Assembly: GCA_963719515.1 (NCBI GenBank)
Contig: CAVRCJ010000011.1
Coordinates: forward strand, 384,001-448,000
From: an uncultured cyanobacterium
GTDB lineage: Bacteria > Cyanobacteriota > Cyanobacteriia > CAKZMO01
Direction of reading: 5' to 3'
Length of the DNA: 64,000 bases
Below the pieces are notes generated by a model. That model made no database searches and was not told where the DNA came from. It was given only the letters and a program-made list of their open reading frames with translations. Of this stretch, positions 40,035 through 49,390 are shown piece by piece (within the stretch, counting starts at the first letter, position 1; every line of letters begins with the position of its first letter). A program made the position numbers and the translations under genes.

Positions 40035-41375
40035 ATGTTGAGTTCTCCCGAATTGATTCGAGAGTTTCCAGTTCCGGTTCGGCTAGAGCAATCGACACAG
40101 CGTAGGCTGACTGCTCGCTCAACGCTGCAGGAACTGTCTAGTTACGACGTTGCGCTATCAACGTCGCAGCTGACAAAAGAAGTTTCTGAGGCGTTCGACC
40201 TCAATTCACTGCTGCCTGGAATTTTGCTGATCGACCAGGGCAATTTTATCGGCATGCTCTCCCGGCAGCGGTTCTTGCAGCAGATGAGCAAGCCCTATAG
40301 TCTAGAGCCTTTTCTAGAGCGCCCGTTGGCGTTACTCTACCGCCTGCTAAACCGTAGCCCCCTCGTTCTTAAACAAGACCTGGAGATTATAGATGCTGTC
40401 AGCGCCGCCCTTGAGCGCTCAGCCGACGATCGCTATGAGCCTGTTGTCATCCATCACGGCGATCGCTATTCTCTCGTAGACTTTCATCACCTTTTGATAG
40501 CTCAGTCTCGGATTCATCAACTCACCGCTGAGCTTCTAGATCAGCGAACCCAAGACTATCTCGTGCAAACCGAGAAGATGGCGAGCTTAGGGCGAATGGT
40601 GGCGGGGGTTTCTCACGAAATTAAAAACCCAGTGAACTGCATTCACGGAAACGTTGATTTCGTCAGTCAGTACAGCAGCGGGCTGCTAGAGCTTCTCACG
40701 CTGTATCAGCGGGCCGTCGCAAGCTCTAGCACTGTCGATACGGTCCAAATCGATGAGGCCGAAGCTGAACTAGATCTAGACTTTCTGCGGCAGGATTTGC
40801 CTAAGTTACTCAGGAGCCTCTCTTTCGCCTCTGAGCGACTGTTCGACATCGTGTCCAGTCTGAGAAACTTTTCGAGGTTTGACCGAGAAGAAAGGCAGCC
40901 CGTCGACATCCACAAAATCTTAGACGGTACACTGCTCGTCCTCAATGGCCGCATCGGACAAGACATCGACGTCGTCAAGCAGTATGAAAAACTGCCTCAA
41001 GTGACGTGCTATCCCGGTCAAATTGGGCAGGTGTTTATGAACATCGTCTCTAATGCGGTTGAAGCCCTCAGCGAGAGGGCAAACAGCTCAGGTGGCGTAG
41101 GCAGCCCTTGGCGACCGCAGCTCTCGCTGACAACGAAGGCTCTGTCGGGGCCAGGCCGTGTTTTGATTCGGATCGGCGATAACGGTAGTGGAATTCCCCC
41201 CGAGATTCAGCGGCAGATTTTCAAAGAGTTTTCTACGACCAAATCCATAGACGAAGGCACTGGATTAGGACTCGCGATCAGCCATCAGATTGTGGAGAAT
41301 CACCAGGGCGCTATCAGCCTGCGATCGCAGGTCGAGGTGGGGACAGAATTCGACATTACGCTGCCGATGCCCTAA
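40035..41375 (+). CDS. Sensor histidine kinase with a CBS-like N-terminal domain
   Basis: EKMASLGRMVAGVSHEIKNP H-box; N, G1 (DNGSGI) and G2 (GTGLGL) boxes. Confidence 0.93.
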   Translation: MLSSPELIREFPVPVRLEQSTQRRLTARSTLQELSSYDVALSTSQLTKEVSEAFDLNSLLPGILLIDQGNFIGMLSRQRFLQQMSKPYSLEPFLERPLALLYRLLNRSPLVLKQDLEIIDAVSAALERSADDRYEPVVIHHGDRYSLVDFHHLLIAQSRIHQLTAELLDQRTQDYLVQTEKMASLGRMVAGVSHEIKNPVNCIHGNVDFVSQYSSGLLELLTLYQRAVASSSTVDTVQIDEAEAELDLDFLRQDLPKLLRSLSFASERLFDIVSSLRNFSRFDREERQPVDIHKILDGTLLVLNGRIGQDIDVVKQYEKLPQVTCYPGQIGQVFMNIVSNAVEALSERANSSGGVGSPWRPQLSLTTKALSGPGRVLIRIGDNGSGIPPEIQRQIFKEFSTTKSIDEGTGLGLAISHQIVENHQGAISLRSQVEVGTEFDITLPMP

Positions 41376-41412
41376 CTGTCGCTGACAGCCCGTTGGGCGA
41401 TCGCGCCGCCGT

Positions 41413-42033
41413 CTATTCCTCTAGGACCTGCTCGCTTCGCCTAGATCGCCACAGCGTGACCCCTAGCCAAACCGCAACTAGTCCCAGCAGCAGTAAACCA
41501 AATTCTCCTGTCCAGGTGACAAGCTGTGCCAAAGGAACAACGCGCCCGACAAAAAATGCCAGACTCGTCATCGCCGATGCCCAGGTAATGGCCCCTAACG
41601 TATTGCAGGCCAAGAACTTGAGATAGGGCATCTCGCTGATGCCCGCCATCGGCCCTGCGAAGATGCGCAGTAGGGCGACAAACCGTCCCAAAATTACAGC
41701 GCGAACGGCATTTTTTGCAAACTGCTCCCGCACCGCTACTAGCTGATCCTCGCTGAAGCGAAACAAGCGCCCTAGGCGCAGCAGCAGCGGCCACCCGCCC
41801 CAAACGCCAAACCAGTAGCCTAGGTTGTCTCCGACGATGGCCCCCGCGGTGGCGCTCGCCAACACCTTCCAGTACTGCAGCTCGCCGGTCCCGGCTAAAA
41901 AGCCCCCCACCAGCGTAATCGTCTCTCCAGGTAGGGGAACGCCGGCGTTTTCCAGCATAATGCCCAAGCTAATCGCCCAATAGCCGTAGTCGCGGGCGAT
42001 CGCCTGCAGCGTTTCTAAGGATAATAGTTCCAT
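41413..42033 (-). CDS. DedA family membrane protein
   Basis: LENAGVPLPGE, GDNLGYWFG and GRFVALLRIFAGPMAG motifs. Confidence 0.93.
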   Translation of the reverse strand: MELLSLETLQAIARDYGYWAISLGIMLENAGVPLPGETITLVGGFLAGTGELQYWKVLASATAGAIVGDNLGYWFGVWGGWPLLLRLGRLFRFSEDQLVAVREQFAKNAVRAVILGRFVALLRIFAGPMAGISEMPYLKFLACNTLGAITWASAMTSLAFFVGRVVPLAQLVTWTGEFGLLLLGLVAVWLGVTLWRSRRSEQVLEE

Positions 42034-42043
42034 CAAAAATAGC

Positions 42044-42670
42044 TTATTTCTGAGCTGTCGGCTGAGGCAGGACACCGTTTAAGAAAATGTCGGCGATGCC
42101 CTCTGCCATAGCCTTACGCTCCTCTAGCGAGTTGTCTTCGGGCATTAAGGTCCCGTCGCTGAACCCAGCAACGGTGAACATCCCTAAGAAAACCTTTGCC
42201 AGCAGGCGAGGGTCCATGGGGCGGTAAATGCCTCGCTCTATCGCCGTTTCAAAAAAGGCTTCCGTCACCCCCATCATTTTGTCGATCACGTCAGTCTGGA
42301 CGCGATCGCGCAAGTCGGGATGAAACTGGGCTTCCATAAAGCAAACCCGCAGCATATCTGCATTTTGGTTGAAGCTCAGCATTCGGCGGCGCATTACCTG
42401 GTCAATGGCCTTGTAGCTTCCCATCTCGCTCAGCTCGGTGAGCAGATCCGTCAGCAGATCAACCCAGCCTCGCGTGACGACCTCAATCAGGATTGCTTTT
42501 TTATTCTCAAAGTGACGGAACAAGGTGCCCTCAGCAACACCGGCCGACTGCGCTAGCTCTTTTGTCGTAGTACCCGCGTAGCCTCGGCGGGAAAAGAGCT
42601 GCTGGGCTTTATCGATGATTCGGGTTTGAACTTCTGCTTCAGTCTTCGGAGGGCGATGAAATACTTTCAT
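42044..42670 (-). CDS. TetR/AcrR family transcriptional regulator
   Basis: LFSRRGYAGTTTKELAQSAGVAEGTLFRHFENK helix-turn-helix. Confidence 0.93.
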   Translation of the reverse strand: MKVFHRPPKTEAEVQTRIIDKAQQLFSRRGYAGTTTKELAQSAGVAEGTLFRHFENKKAILIEVVTRGWVDLLTDLLTELSEMGSYKAIDQVMRRRMLSFNQNADMLRVCFMEAQFHPDLRDRVQTDVIDKMMGVTEAFFETAIERGIYRPMDPRLLAKVFLGMFTVAGFSDGTLMPEDNSLEERKAMAEGIADIFLNGVLPQPTAQK

Positions 42671-42959
42671 AAAGGAGGTGCGGTCAGTCCGCTTCAAGCA
42701 GATAAGTTCAATCAAGCCGGCTAATCAACCAGCGCCGGAGAGCGCATAGGTAAGCAATAGCCAATGATGCCATACCTAGATTGTCTACCGACTCACTGGT
42801 AAATGACAATTATGTGACCGCAATGATCACATTGTTTACAGTGTGTAATCACAACCGGTAGCGATCGCTACTGGACGCTCACTGTCTTGGTTGAAAGGGT
42901 ATCGTCAGAGAGATATACCCGAGACAGTCTTTGGCCCGAGCTTGTCTAAAATCAGACGT

Positions 42960-42990
42960 AAAAAAAAGTAGCGCCCCTAAGAACGCTACT
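42960..42990 (-). terminator. Intrinsic terminator after the DUF3155 gene
   Basis: AGTAGCG/CGCTACT stem followed on the minus strand by a long T-tract. Confidence 0.7.
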
Positions 42991-43101
42991 CGATTTTGGA
43001 ACAGCTGTCAGCACAGGCCCGGTCTACCTGTTTAGCAAGGCCGACAAGATGCGGCCATCCAAACGCTGTTGAGATGCAAACCAGGCTCGCTAGGTCACGG
43101 C

Positions 43102-43419
43102 TTACTTCGTAGTACTGAGCACCAGCGCCTCGCCATTCTCTTCATAGAGACAGCTCAGGCTGGGGAAGAGGAAGTGATTCTCCTCAACATACTGGGCTCC
43201 AAAGAGCCCCTTCTCCGCCCAAAAATACCGATCGGTCGTGTGCTCGTTTCGCTTGACGAGCAGTACCGCTGGCGGAAGAATTCCCTCAGAATGGATAAAC
43301 TTCCGTGCAGCCGTCACTGGCTTATCGTTCCCGCTCTCGATGCTATACTGCGGAACCTGCTCCAGAATCCTACGTCCCTCCAGGCGACGGCGGCTCTTGC
43401 GCTTGCGTCTTCTAGCCAA
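43102..43419 (-). CDS. Conserved cyanobacterial protein (DUF3155 type)
   Basis: TTG start with a GGAGG RBS; ARRRKRKSRRR.EGRRILE and KPVTAARKFI...RYFWAEKGLFGAQY. Confidence 0.85.
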   Translation of the reverse strand: MARRRKRKSRRRLEGRRILEQVPQYSIESGNDKPVTAARKFIHSEGILPPAVLLVKRNEHTTDRYFWAEKGLFGAQYVEENHFLFPSLSCLYEENGEALVLSTTK

Positions 43420-43447
43420 CCTCCTAACCTCCCATATCAAAACTATA

Positions 43448-43463
43448 TGTAATCGTGGTTACA
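43448..43463. promoter_or_regulatory. Putative NtcA binding site
   Basis: TGTA-ATCGTGGT-TACA matches GTA-N8-TAC in an AT-rich divergent intergenic region. Confidence 0.5.
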
Positions 43464-43689
43464 AACTAAACCGTCGAAAGTATATCTATTTAATTTTAAA
43501 ATTTCAACTTCGTTTAACCTTTCGACACAAACCCATAGTTTTTTTTTATGATTTTACTAGCGCCTCGTCTCCTCAGGTTGTTTTCTCTCCCGGGTGATGC
43601 AAGCTGGTACAGGCCTTACCAACGTCCTTCGAGCCCCCCTCCAAAACTGGCCGTGTCGATTAAACTACGCCACGTCGTACATCCCGCCC

Positions 43690-45354
43690 ATGTCGATTAG
43701 TCAAGAATTCCTCGATTTATGTCGGGCTCAACTCAAACTGCTTGTGCAGGGGCTAGGGGTGTCCTTTGGCGTGGTTTACCTTACCACAGAGGGCAGTTTT
43801 GAAGACGGATCGCCTATGCTAACTCCCGTCGCCGCCTATCCTGAAACGGTCGCTCGCAAGGCCGCTCGGCTGCTCACCACCAGAATCACCCCGCCCAAAA
43901 CCCCACCGGGCGATCGCGGCAGTACGGTAGCTGAGCAGCCTCAAGGGAATGATTCGCACCAAGGCTCAGAGCGCCAAAACCCAGAGCGCCAAAACCCAGA
44001 GCGCCAAAACCCAGAGCGCCACACTTTGCAGGAGTCGACGCTGCTGCGCGCGATTCAGCAGATAGACCCAAGCGAGGGTTTGGTTTCTATCCCCGATGTA
44101 TTACCAGACTTTTTGCCCAACGGCCCTGAGGAGGAAACGACGGCTATCGACGATGGAGCCCAGCCGACCCAGGGAGAGGCTGTGGCCTACAGCCCCGACG
44201 CTGACGACCCCAGCAGCCGTGATAGCGGCTACACCCCCAGCGACGACGACTTTGCCTCGCCTGTTGAGCCTTCTCACCAAGGCCAAATTGTTGTCCCTCT
44301 AACCTATAACAATCTAGTTTTGGGGGTATTGGTCATTGCCCGCACCAACCAGACCTGGACGGCCTCAGAACAGCGTCAAATTGAGCAGGTTGCTCGCACC
44401 CTGGCCACCGCATGTAGGCTAGATCGGCGGGCCCGTTGGGTCGAGCAAAAGCTTCGTGAGCAGCATCTGGCCTATGAGGCCTTCCATCAGCAGCAAGACA
44501 GCATGCTAGACACATTGCTGCACCAGCTTCGTAACCCGCTGACGGCGGTTCAAACCTTCGGGAAACTGCTGCTAAGACGGGTTCAACCTGAAGATGATAA
44601 TCGCAGCGCAGCAGAAGGCATTGTGCGCGAGAGCGATCGCATTCGACTGCTGTTGGAACAGTTTGACCAAGTGATGGCGCCGCTACCGCCAACGCTGCCG
44701 GCTGCCGATCCGATTACAGAGGTCGACTACATCATCTCCGGCGCTGGCGAGACGCTAGACGCCAGCGTTGCCTCTGTGCCGTCTCCTGCTACGTCGGCCT
44801 ATGTTCTCACAGGTGGGGAGCTAGAGCTATCCCCAGTCAACATTAGAGCGGTTCTCAATCCGCTGATGGCGGCTACGGTGGCCAGAGCCCAAGAGCGTCA
44901 CATCGAGATTTACCACAACGATAGCGAGCCAAGCTCGCCCCATGAGATCTGGGTTATCGCCGATACCAGCGCACTTCAAGAAGTGCTGAGCAACCTGCTG
45001 GATAACGCCGTCAAGTACACCCCCTTGGGGGGATACATTGAGGTGCGCTTGGGGGACGGGGGCAACAGCGGAGCGACGGAGACGGTCGTCATTGCGGATA
45101 CGGGACCCGGCATTCCAGTAGAAGACCAGCGCCACCTATTTGAGCGCCACTTTCGCGGGGTGCAGGCGGCAGGCGATATTCCCGGGACGGGACTCGGCCT
45201 AGCGATCGCCCAAGAGCTGATGCAGCAGATGGGGGGAGCGCTAGAGGTCTATAGCCCCGCCACCACCAGCCAGCGCCTCTCTCAGCGCTATCCAAATCAC
45301 GCGGCCGGAACGGCCATCGTTTTGCAGCTGCCGAGCAGTGGGGCGCAGGTCTAG
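43690..45354 (+). CDS. GAF-domain sensor histidine kinase
   Basis: LLHQLRNPLTA H-box, NLLDNAVKYT, DTGPGI and GTGLGL; split GAF domain with a low-complexity insert. Confidence 0.92.
   Translation: MSISQEFLDLCRAQLKLLVQGLGVSFGVVYLTTEGSFEDGSPMLTPVAAYPETVARKAARLLTTRITPPKTPPGDRGSTVAEQPQGNDSHQGSERQNPERQNPERQNPERHTLQESTLLRAIQQIDPSEGLVSIPDVLPDFLPNGPEEETTAIDDGAQPTQGEAVAYSPDADDPSSRDSGYTPSDDDFASPVEPSHQGQIVVPLTYNNLVLGVLVIARTNQTWTASEQRQIEQVARTLATACRLDRRARWVEQKLREQHLAYEAFHQQQDSMLDTLLHQLRNPLTAVQTFGKLLLRRVQPEDDNRSAAEGIVRESDRIRLLLEQFDQVMAPLPPTLPAADPITEVDYIISGAGETLDASVASVPSPATSAYVLTGGELELSPVNIRAVLNPLMAATVARAQERHIEIYHNDSEPSSPHEIWVIADTSALQEVLSNLLDNAVKYTPLGGYIEVRLGDGGNSGATETVVIADTGPGIPVEDQRHLFERHFRGVQAAGDIPGTGLGLAIAQELMQQMGGALEVYSPATTSQRLSQRYPNHAAGTAIVLQLPSSGAQV
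43967..44021 (+). repeat. In-frame 15-bp tandem repeat encoding (ERQNP)n
   Basis: CAGAGCGCCAAAACC x3 plus a partial copy. Confidence 0.9.
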
Positions 45355-45370
45355 CGAGCACTGCAAAATC

Positions 45371-45817
45371 TCACGCCAGCGCCAAAATCTTCTCGGCCAC
45401 CGCGCCCTCCACCGGAATTACCGAGAGCCGGTTCCCCCGCCGCAGGATGAGCAAGTCATCCTCGGTGAAGGTTTTCCTCAGGGTCTCTAGCGTGAGCACC
45501 TCAGAGAATGCCCGCTCGAAAGCCACCGTCACCGTCTGCCAGCGAGGCGTCTCCACCGTCGATTTTGGGTCGTAGTAGGGGCTAGTGACATCAAACTGGG
45601 AGGGATCATCCACAGCCGCTTCGACGACGGTCATCAGCCCCGCAATGCCGGGGGGCTTGGTATTGGAGTGATAAAAAAAGGCGCGATCGCCCGCCGCCAT
45701 CTGCCGTAAAAAGTTTCGGGCCTGGTAGTTTCTGACGCCGTCCCACAATGTAGTTTGGTCAGCCTCTAAATTCGAAATGCCGTACACGCTCGGCTCGGAC
45801 TTCATCAACCAATACAT
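45371..45817 (-). CDS. EVE domain protein
   Basis: YWLMKSEP, WDGVRNYQARN, FFYHSN and RLSV.PV motifs. Confidence 0.95.
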   Translation of the reverse strand: MYWLMKSEPSVYGISNLEADQTTLWDGVRNYQARNFLRQMAAGDRAFFYHSNTKPPGIAGLMTVVEAAVDDPSQFDVTSPYYDPKSTVETPRWQTVTVAFERAFSEVLTLETLRKTFTEDDLLILRRGNRLSVIPVEGAVAEKILALA

Positions 45818-45843
45818 AGGCTCTTTTGAAGAGTGGGCTAAAC

Positions 45844-47364
45844 TTATTCCGCAGATTCACTGCCATCTTCAAGCGCTTCAGAAGATAGCGGCGATTCGAA
45901 TCCCCGATCGATGTCTTCGTACAGCGCGCGCTCCCCTGGCTCCTCCAAGGGCATCGCCTCCTGAGCGCTGTAGGAAGGCTCCGCCCGCCTCACCTGGACA
46001 TGATGGAGCCTGGGACCATCCATAGAGATCACCGTCATCTCCCAAGGCCCGGTCTGCAGGACTTCTCCCAGCGTCGGAATCTTCTGTAGATGGTGGATCA
46101 AAAACCCGCCCAGCGTCTGGTAGTCGTCGGCGGTAGGGAGCCCCATGTCTAACAGCTCGTTGAGTTCCTCTAGGTCAAGCTGGGCCTGAACCAGATAGGT
46201 TTGGTCCCCCAACAGCCTCACCGGAGAGTCTTCTTCTCCCTCTAGCTCGATATCACCACCGATGATCTCAGCGGTCAAATCCTGAATCGTGATTAGACCG
46301 GCGGTGCCGCCGAACTCATCCACCACCATTACCATCGGCTGCCCCGATCGCTGTATCAGCTGCAGCAGCTCGTGCAGCGGCATCGATTCTGGAACGAAGC
46401 GAGCCGGTTTAATCCAAGCGCCGATGCGGCTGTCAAAGGCGAGGTCATTTTGCACCAAAGGCTGGGCCAGATCCTTGAAGTGAAGAATGCCGCTAATGTC
46501 GTCGAGGGATTCCCCCGTAATTGGGTAGCGAGAGTAGCCGCTGGTGCTTACCTCGTTGAGCACCAGGTTGAGATCAGCGTCTGCTGGAAGGGCGACAATG
46601 CTCGTGCGGGGAACCATAACCTCGCCTACGGTCACATCTCCGAACTCAATAGCGTTGCTCAGCAGCTCCCGCTCATCGGCCTCAAGGCCGGTGGACTCCG
46701 TGGACGTGCTGATGATAATCTGCAGCTCCTCAGGGGTAAGGCGGCTCGACAGGCTCTCAAGCTGATAGGGGACGCCCAGCAGCCGCAGCAGGAAGCGGGT
46801 GGACTGATTGAGCACCCAGATAAACGGGTTAAAGCAGCGGGCGATCGCCATGCTGGGCGGGGCCAGGATGCGGGCCAGCCGCTCGGCATCGATTAGGGCG
46901 ACAGACTTGGGGCAAAGCTCTCCCAAAACAATCTGCAGGTAGGCCACCACGATAAACGCAGCAGGAATGCTGACGGTATGGGCAATCGGCCCCGCCATTT
47001 GAGGGAAGAACCGCTGAAGAATGCCGCTGATGGGACCGGCCAGGGTATTTTCGCTGATCCAGCCGAGAGCCAAGCTAGAGAGCGTAATACCCAATTGGGT
47101 CGTCGAGAGCAGCCGCTCGATGCTGCGCTGCAGCACCTGCACCATCTTCGCCTGGGCATCCCCGGAGGAGGCGAGCTGACTGATGCGCGATCGCCTCACC
47201 GAGACAATCGAGAACTCTGCTGTGACAAAGAACGCATTGATCGCAATCAGCACCGCGATCGCGAGTAGCCTAAAGGCAGTATCCGACAGAGACAGGGGCG
47301 GCAAGGGCGCACCGTTGGTCACTAGTAGGCTAACCTCTAGCAGCCCTGAACCTGAACGCAGCAT
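45844..47364 (-). CDS. Hemolysin/CNNM family protein (DUF21-CBS-CorC); true start probably slightly downstream
   Basis: NAFFVTAEFSIVSVR, GELCPKS, SGYSRYP and VVDEFGGTAG motifs. Confidence 0.92.
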   Translation of the reverse strand: MLRSGSGLLEVSLLVTNGAPLPPLSLSDTAFRLLAIAVLIAINAFFVTAEFSIVSVRRSRISQLASSGDAQAKMVQVLQRSIERLLSTTQLGITLSSLALGWISENTLAGPISGILQRFFPQMAGPIAHTVSIPAAFIVVAYLQIVLGELCPKSVALIDAERLARILAPPSMAIARCFNPFIWVLNQSTRFLLRLLGVPYQLESLSSRLTPEELQIIISTSTESTGLEADERELLSNAIEFGDVTVGEVMVPRTSIVALPADADLNLVLNEVSTSGYSRYPITGESLDDISGILHFKDLAQPLVQNDLAFDSRIGAWIKPARFVPESMPLHELLQLIQRSGQPMVMVVDEFGGTAGLITIQDLTAEIIGGDIELEGEEDSPVRLLGDQTYLVQAQLDLEELNELLDMGLPTADDYQTLGGFLIHHLQKIPTLGEVLQTGPWEMTVISMDGPRLHHVQVRRAEPSYSAQEAMPLEEPGERALYEDIDRGFESPLSSEALEDGSESAE

Positions 47365-47444
47365 GGGGTTTGTGCCGTAAAAAGTAGGAGACGCGGTTTG
47401 GCCAGATTTGGAGAGCCACGCAGCGAGACTGTAGTGCTGAGGGG

Positions 47445-47708
47445 CTATTGGGGAGGCTGCGCAGGGGCACCATTTGTTCGAGCCGCGATGTCTTCAAGAA
47501 TAGCGTCTTCAGAAACAAATTCTATCTTTGCACGCTGGGTGCGATCGCTATTGTCATTCTCAAAGCGAGCAGGCCGCATATCGGGCTGAGTGATGCCCTG
47601 AAGTGCGGCTCGCCCCAAAGTATATCCCCAGAAGCCACTGACGACGGTTGCACCTGCCATCAGGGACAAAAACATAACGGTCAGAGCAATCATCGGGTCA
47701 ATACGCAT
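47445..47708 (-). CDS. Small conserved membrane-anchored hypothetical protein
   Basis: TM helix followed by WGYTLGRAALQGITQPD. Confidence 0.7.
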   Translation of the reverse strand: MRIDPMIALTVMFLSLMAGATVVSGFWGYTLGRAALQGITQPDMRPARFENDNSDRTQRAKIEFVSEDAILEDIAARTNGAPAQPPQ

Positions 47709-47764
47709 AGCGGGTGAGGATTAGACAATCGTAAAATTCAAGCTAATATAGAATTCAATCTCGC

Positions 47765-47837
47765 CCAGGGTTGGCCGAGCGGATGAGGCAGCGAACTCAT
47801 AATTCGCCTTAGGCAGGTTCGATTCCTGCACCCTGGA
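47765..47837 (+). tRNA. tRNA with anticodon CAT, probably tRNA-Ile2 (lysidine-modified) rather than Met
   Basis: CCAGGGT/ACCCTGG acceptor stem, GCGAA-CTCATAA-TTCGC anticodon arm, GCAGG-TTCGATT-CCTGC T arm; resembles plastid trnI-CAU; CCA not encoded. Confidence 0.93.
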
Positions 47838-47945
47838 TCCTTATTGTTGCTAGGGCGCTAACTGCAGCTACAGCGCTAGCAGGCCGACGCCGATTCCCTT
47901 TAGGGCTAGCGCGATCGCTCCAAAGCCTGCTGCCGCCTTTGCTGT

Positions 47946-48488
47946 CTACCACAGCGCTGGAATCGGTCCGGACTGTACAGGGACCGAGCGAAGCGGAGGA
48001 GCGGGTATGGGCTGGGTTAGCGGCGCGTTGACAAAGGCCTCCTCCTCGACAATTGGCGATAGAAGCAGAGAGGTTGAGTAAGGGTTGGGCAAATCGGGAG
48101 TCAGCAGTATGGGGCCAGAGTTCGTCTGCTGCCGCAGTACCGTTTCGTAAACCTCGTGAACGCGCTCGCCGTCTCGCGTGATCTCGACATCGGGAAAGCC
48201 AATGCCAAACAGGTAGCTAACCTGTCGGGCAACGCTGCGGTTGTTAAAGAAGTTTTCATCGTGGGAGAAAAACGCGTCTTCGAACTCTGCCTGAATCGAG
48301 CCTTCTAGCTCCTGCCCTATCGCCCGCTCGCTGAGAGCGATGGGAAACATCACCATCAGCGCCAAAAGACCGGCCCCCTTGGCAATGGCCCCCTTAAAGC
48401 TGTGAGTAGGCGAATTCCGAAATGTCTGAATAGTCATAGCCGTGACTCCTCGATTTGACCAATAGCCATACATTGAACTGCGTACCAA
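47946..48488 (-). CDS. Secreted hypothetical protein ending PIPALW (start uncertain)
   Basis: Signal-like segment; F.DAFFSHD.NFF.NRS...FPD.EI..DG...DLPNPY..SL pattern. Confidence 0.7.
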   Translation of the reverse strand: MVRSSMYGYWSNRGVTAMTIQTFRNSPTHSFKGAIAKGAGLLALMVMFPIALSERAIGQELEGSIQAEFEDAFFSHDENFFNNRSVARQVSYLFGIGFPDVEITRDGERVHEVYETVLRQQTNSGPILLTPDLPNPYSTSLLLSPIVEEEAFVNAPLTQPIPAPPLRSVPVQSGPIPALW

Positions 48489-48717
48489 ACCTTGTTTGGG
48501 TTTTGCCTCCGACTCGATTTAGGTTTATCTATTATGCAATTTTAATGAACCTATCACCAGCACCCGTGACTAACATAGAAAACAGCATTGCAGATCAACA
48601 TACCCCCAAGCCGGCGGTTTAGATCACCGCCCTATGGCAGGTTATGGTTAAACTGCATCGAACCGGCGGCGGGCAGCCGCCCAGACCTCTCACGCGACAA
48701 CCCTCTCCACACCCTTA

Positions 48718-49377
48718 ATGAGTCACCCTACCTCCCCCCCCGAATCCTCCATCGACCGCTCAGGTGAGGCTATCCCAAATTCTCAGAGCGGTGATACCGG
48801 CGACAACGATACCAATCCGCCAGCGCAACAGCTGCTTTCCCTCCTGTGCGAGGTTGCCTACAAGGAGGGGGATTTCGTGCTCTCGTCGGGCCAGCGGAGC
48901 CCGTATTACATCAACGGCAAGCAAGTTACCCTACATCCCCAGGGCGGGCTCTTGGTGGGGCAGGTTCTGCTGCCTATGGTGCTAGAGGAGGCTGTGGCCG
49001 TAGCCGGATTGACGCTGGGTGCCGATCCGATGGTGAGCGCCGTCAACGTCGTCGCCGCCCTGCAGGGGCGATCGCTTGCGGCCCTGATTGTGCGCAAAGA
49101 AGCCAAAGGGCATGGCACCCAAGCCTATATCGAAGGCCCAACGCTTCCGGAGGGCAGCCCGGTGGTGGTGTTAGAGGATGTTGTGACAACTGGACAATCT
49201 GCCCTTAAAGCAGTGACTCGACTGCGGCAGGCAGGGTATTGTGTGGAACAGGTTATATCGCTGGTCGACCGCCTCCAGGGGGGAGGTGAACTCTACCGAG
49301 AGCAGGGTCTGCTGTTTCAGGCGGTGTTTACGATTGAGCAGATTCAAGCTGAGTGGCGAAGAAGTTATTGTAAGTAG
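48718..49377 (+). CDS. pyrE: Orotate phosphoribosyltransferase
   Basis: GDFVLSSGQRSPYYIN, RKEAKGHG and VVLEDVVTTGQS PRPP motif. Confidence 0.96.
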   Translation: MSHPTSPPESSIDRSGEAIPNSQSGDTGDNDTNPPAQQLLSLLCEVAYKEGDFVLSSGQRSPYYINGKQVTLHPQGGLLVGQVLLPMVLEEAVAVAGLTLGADPMVSAVNVVAALQGRSLAALIVRKEAKGHGTQAYIEGPTLPEGSPVVVLEDVVTTGQSALKAVTRLRQAGYCVEQVISLVDRLQGGGELYREQGLLFQAVFTIEQIQAEWRRSYCK

Positions 49378-49390
49378 GATTTTGTTGGGG

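Noticed and set aside
42813..42831. TGTGA...TCACA as a CRP/SyCRP site
   Set aside because: The spacer is 9 bp, not 6 bp.
47765..47837. tRNA as the attachment site of an integrated element
   Set aside because: No duplicated tRNA 3' end and no integrase was seen; the flanks are ordinary genes.
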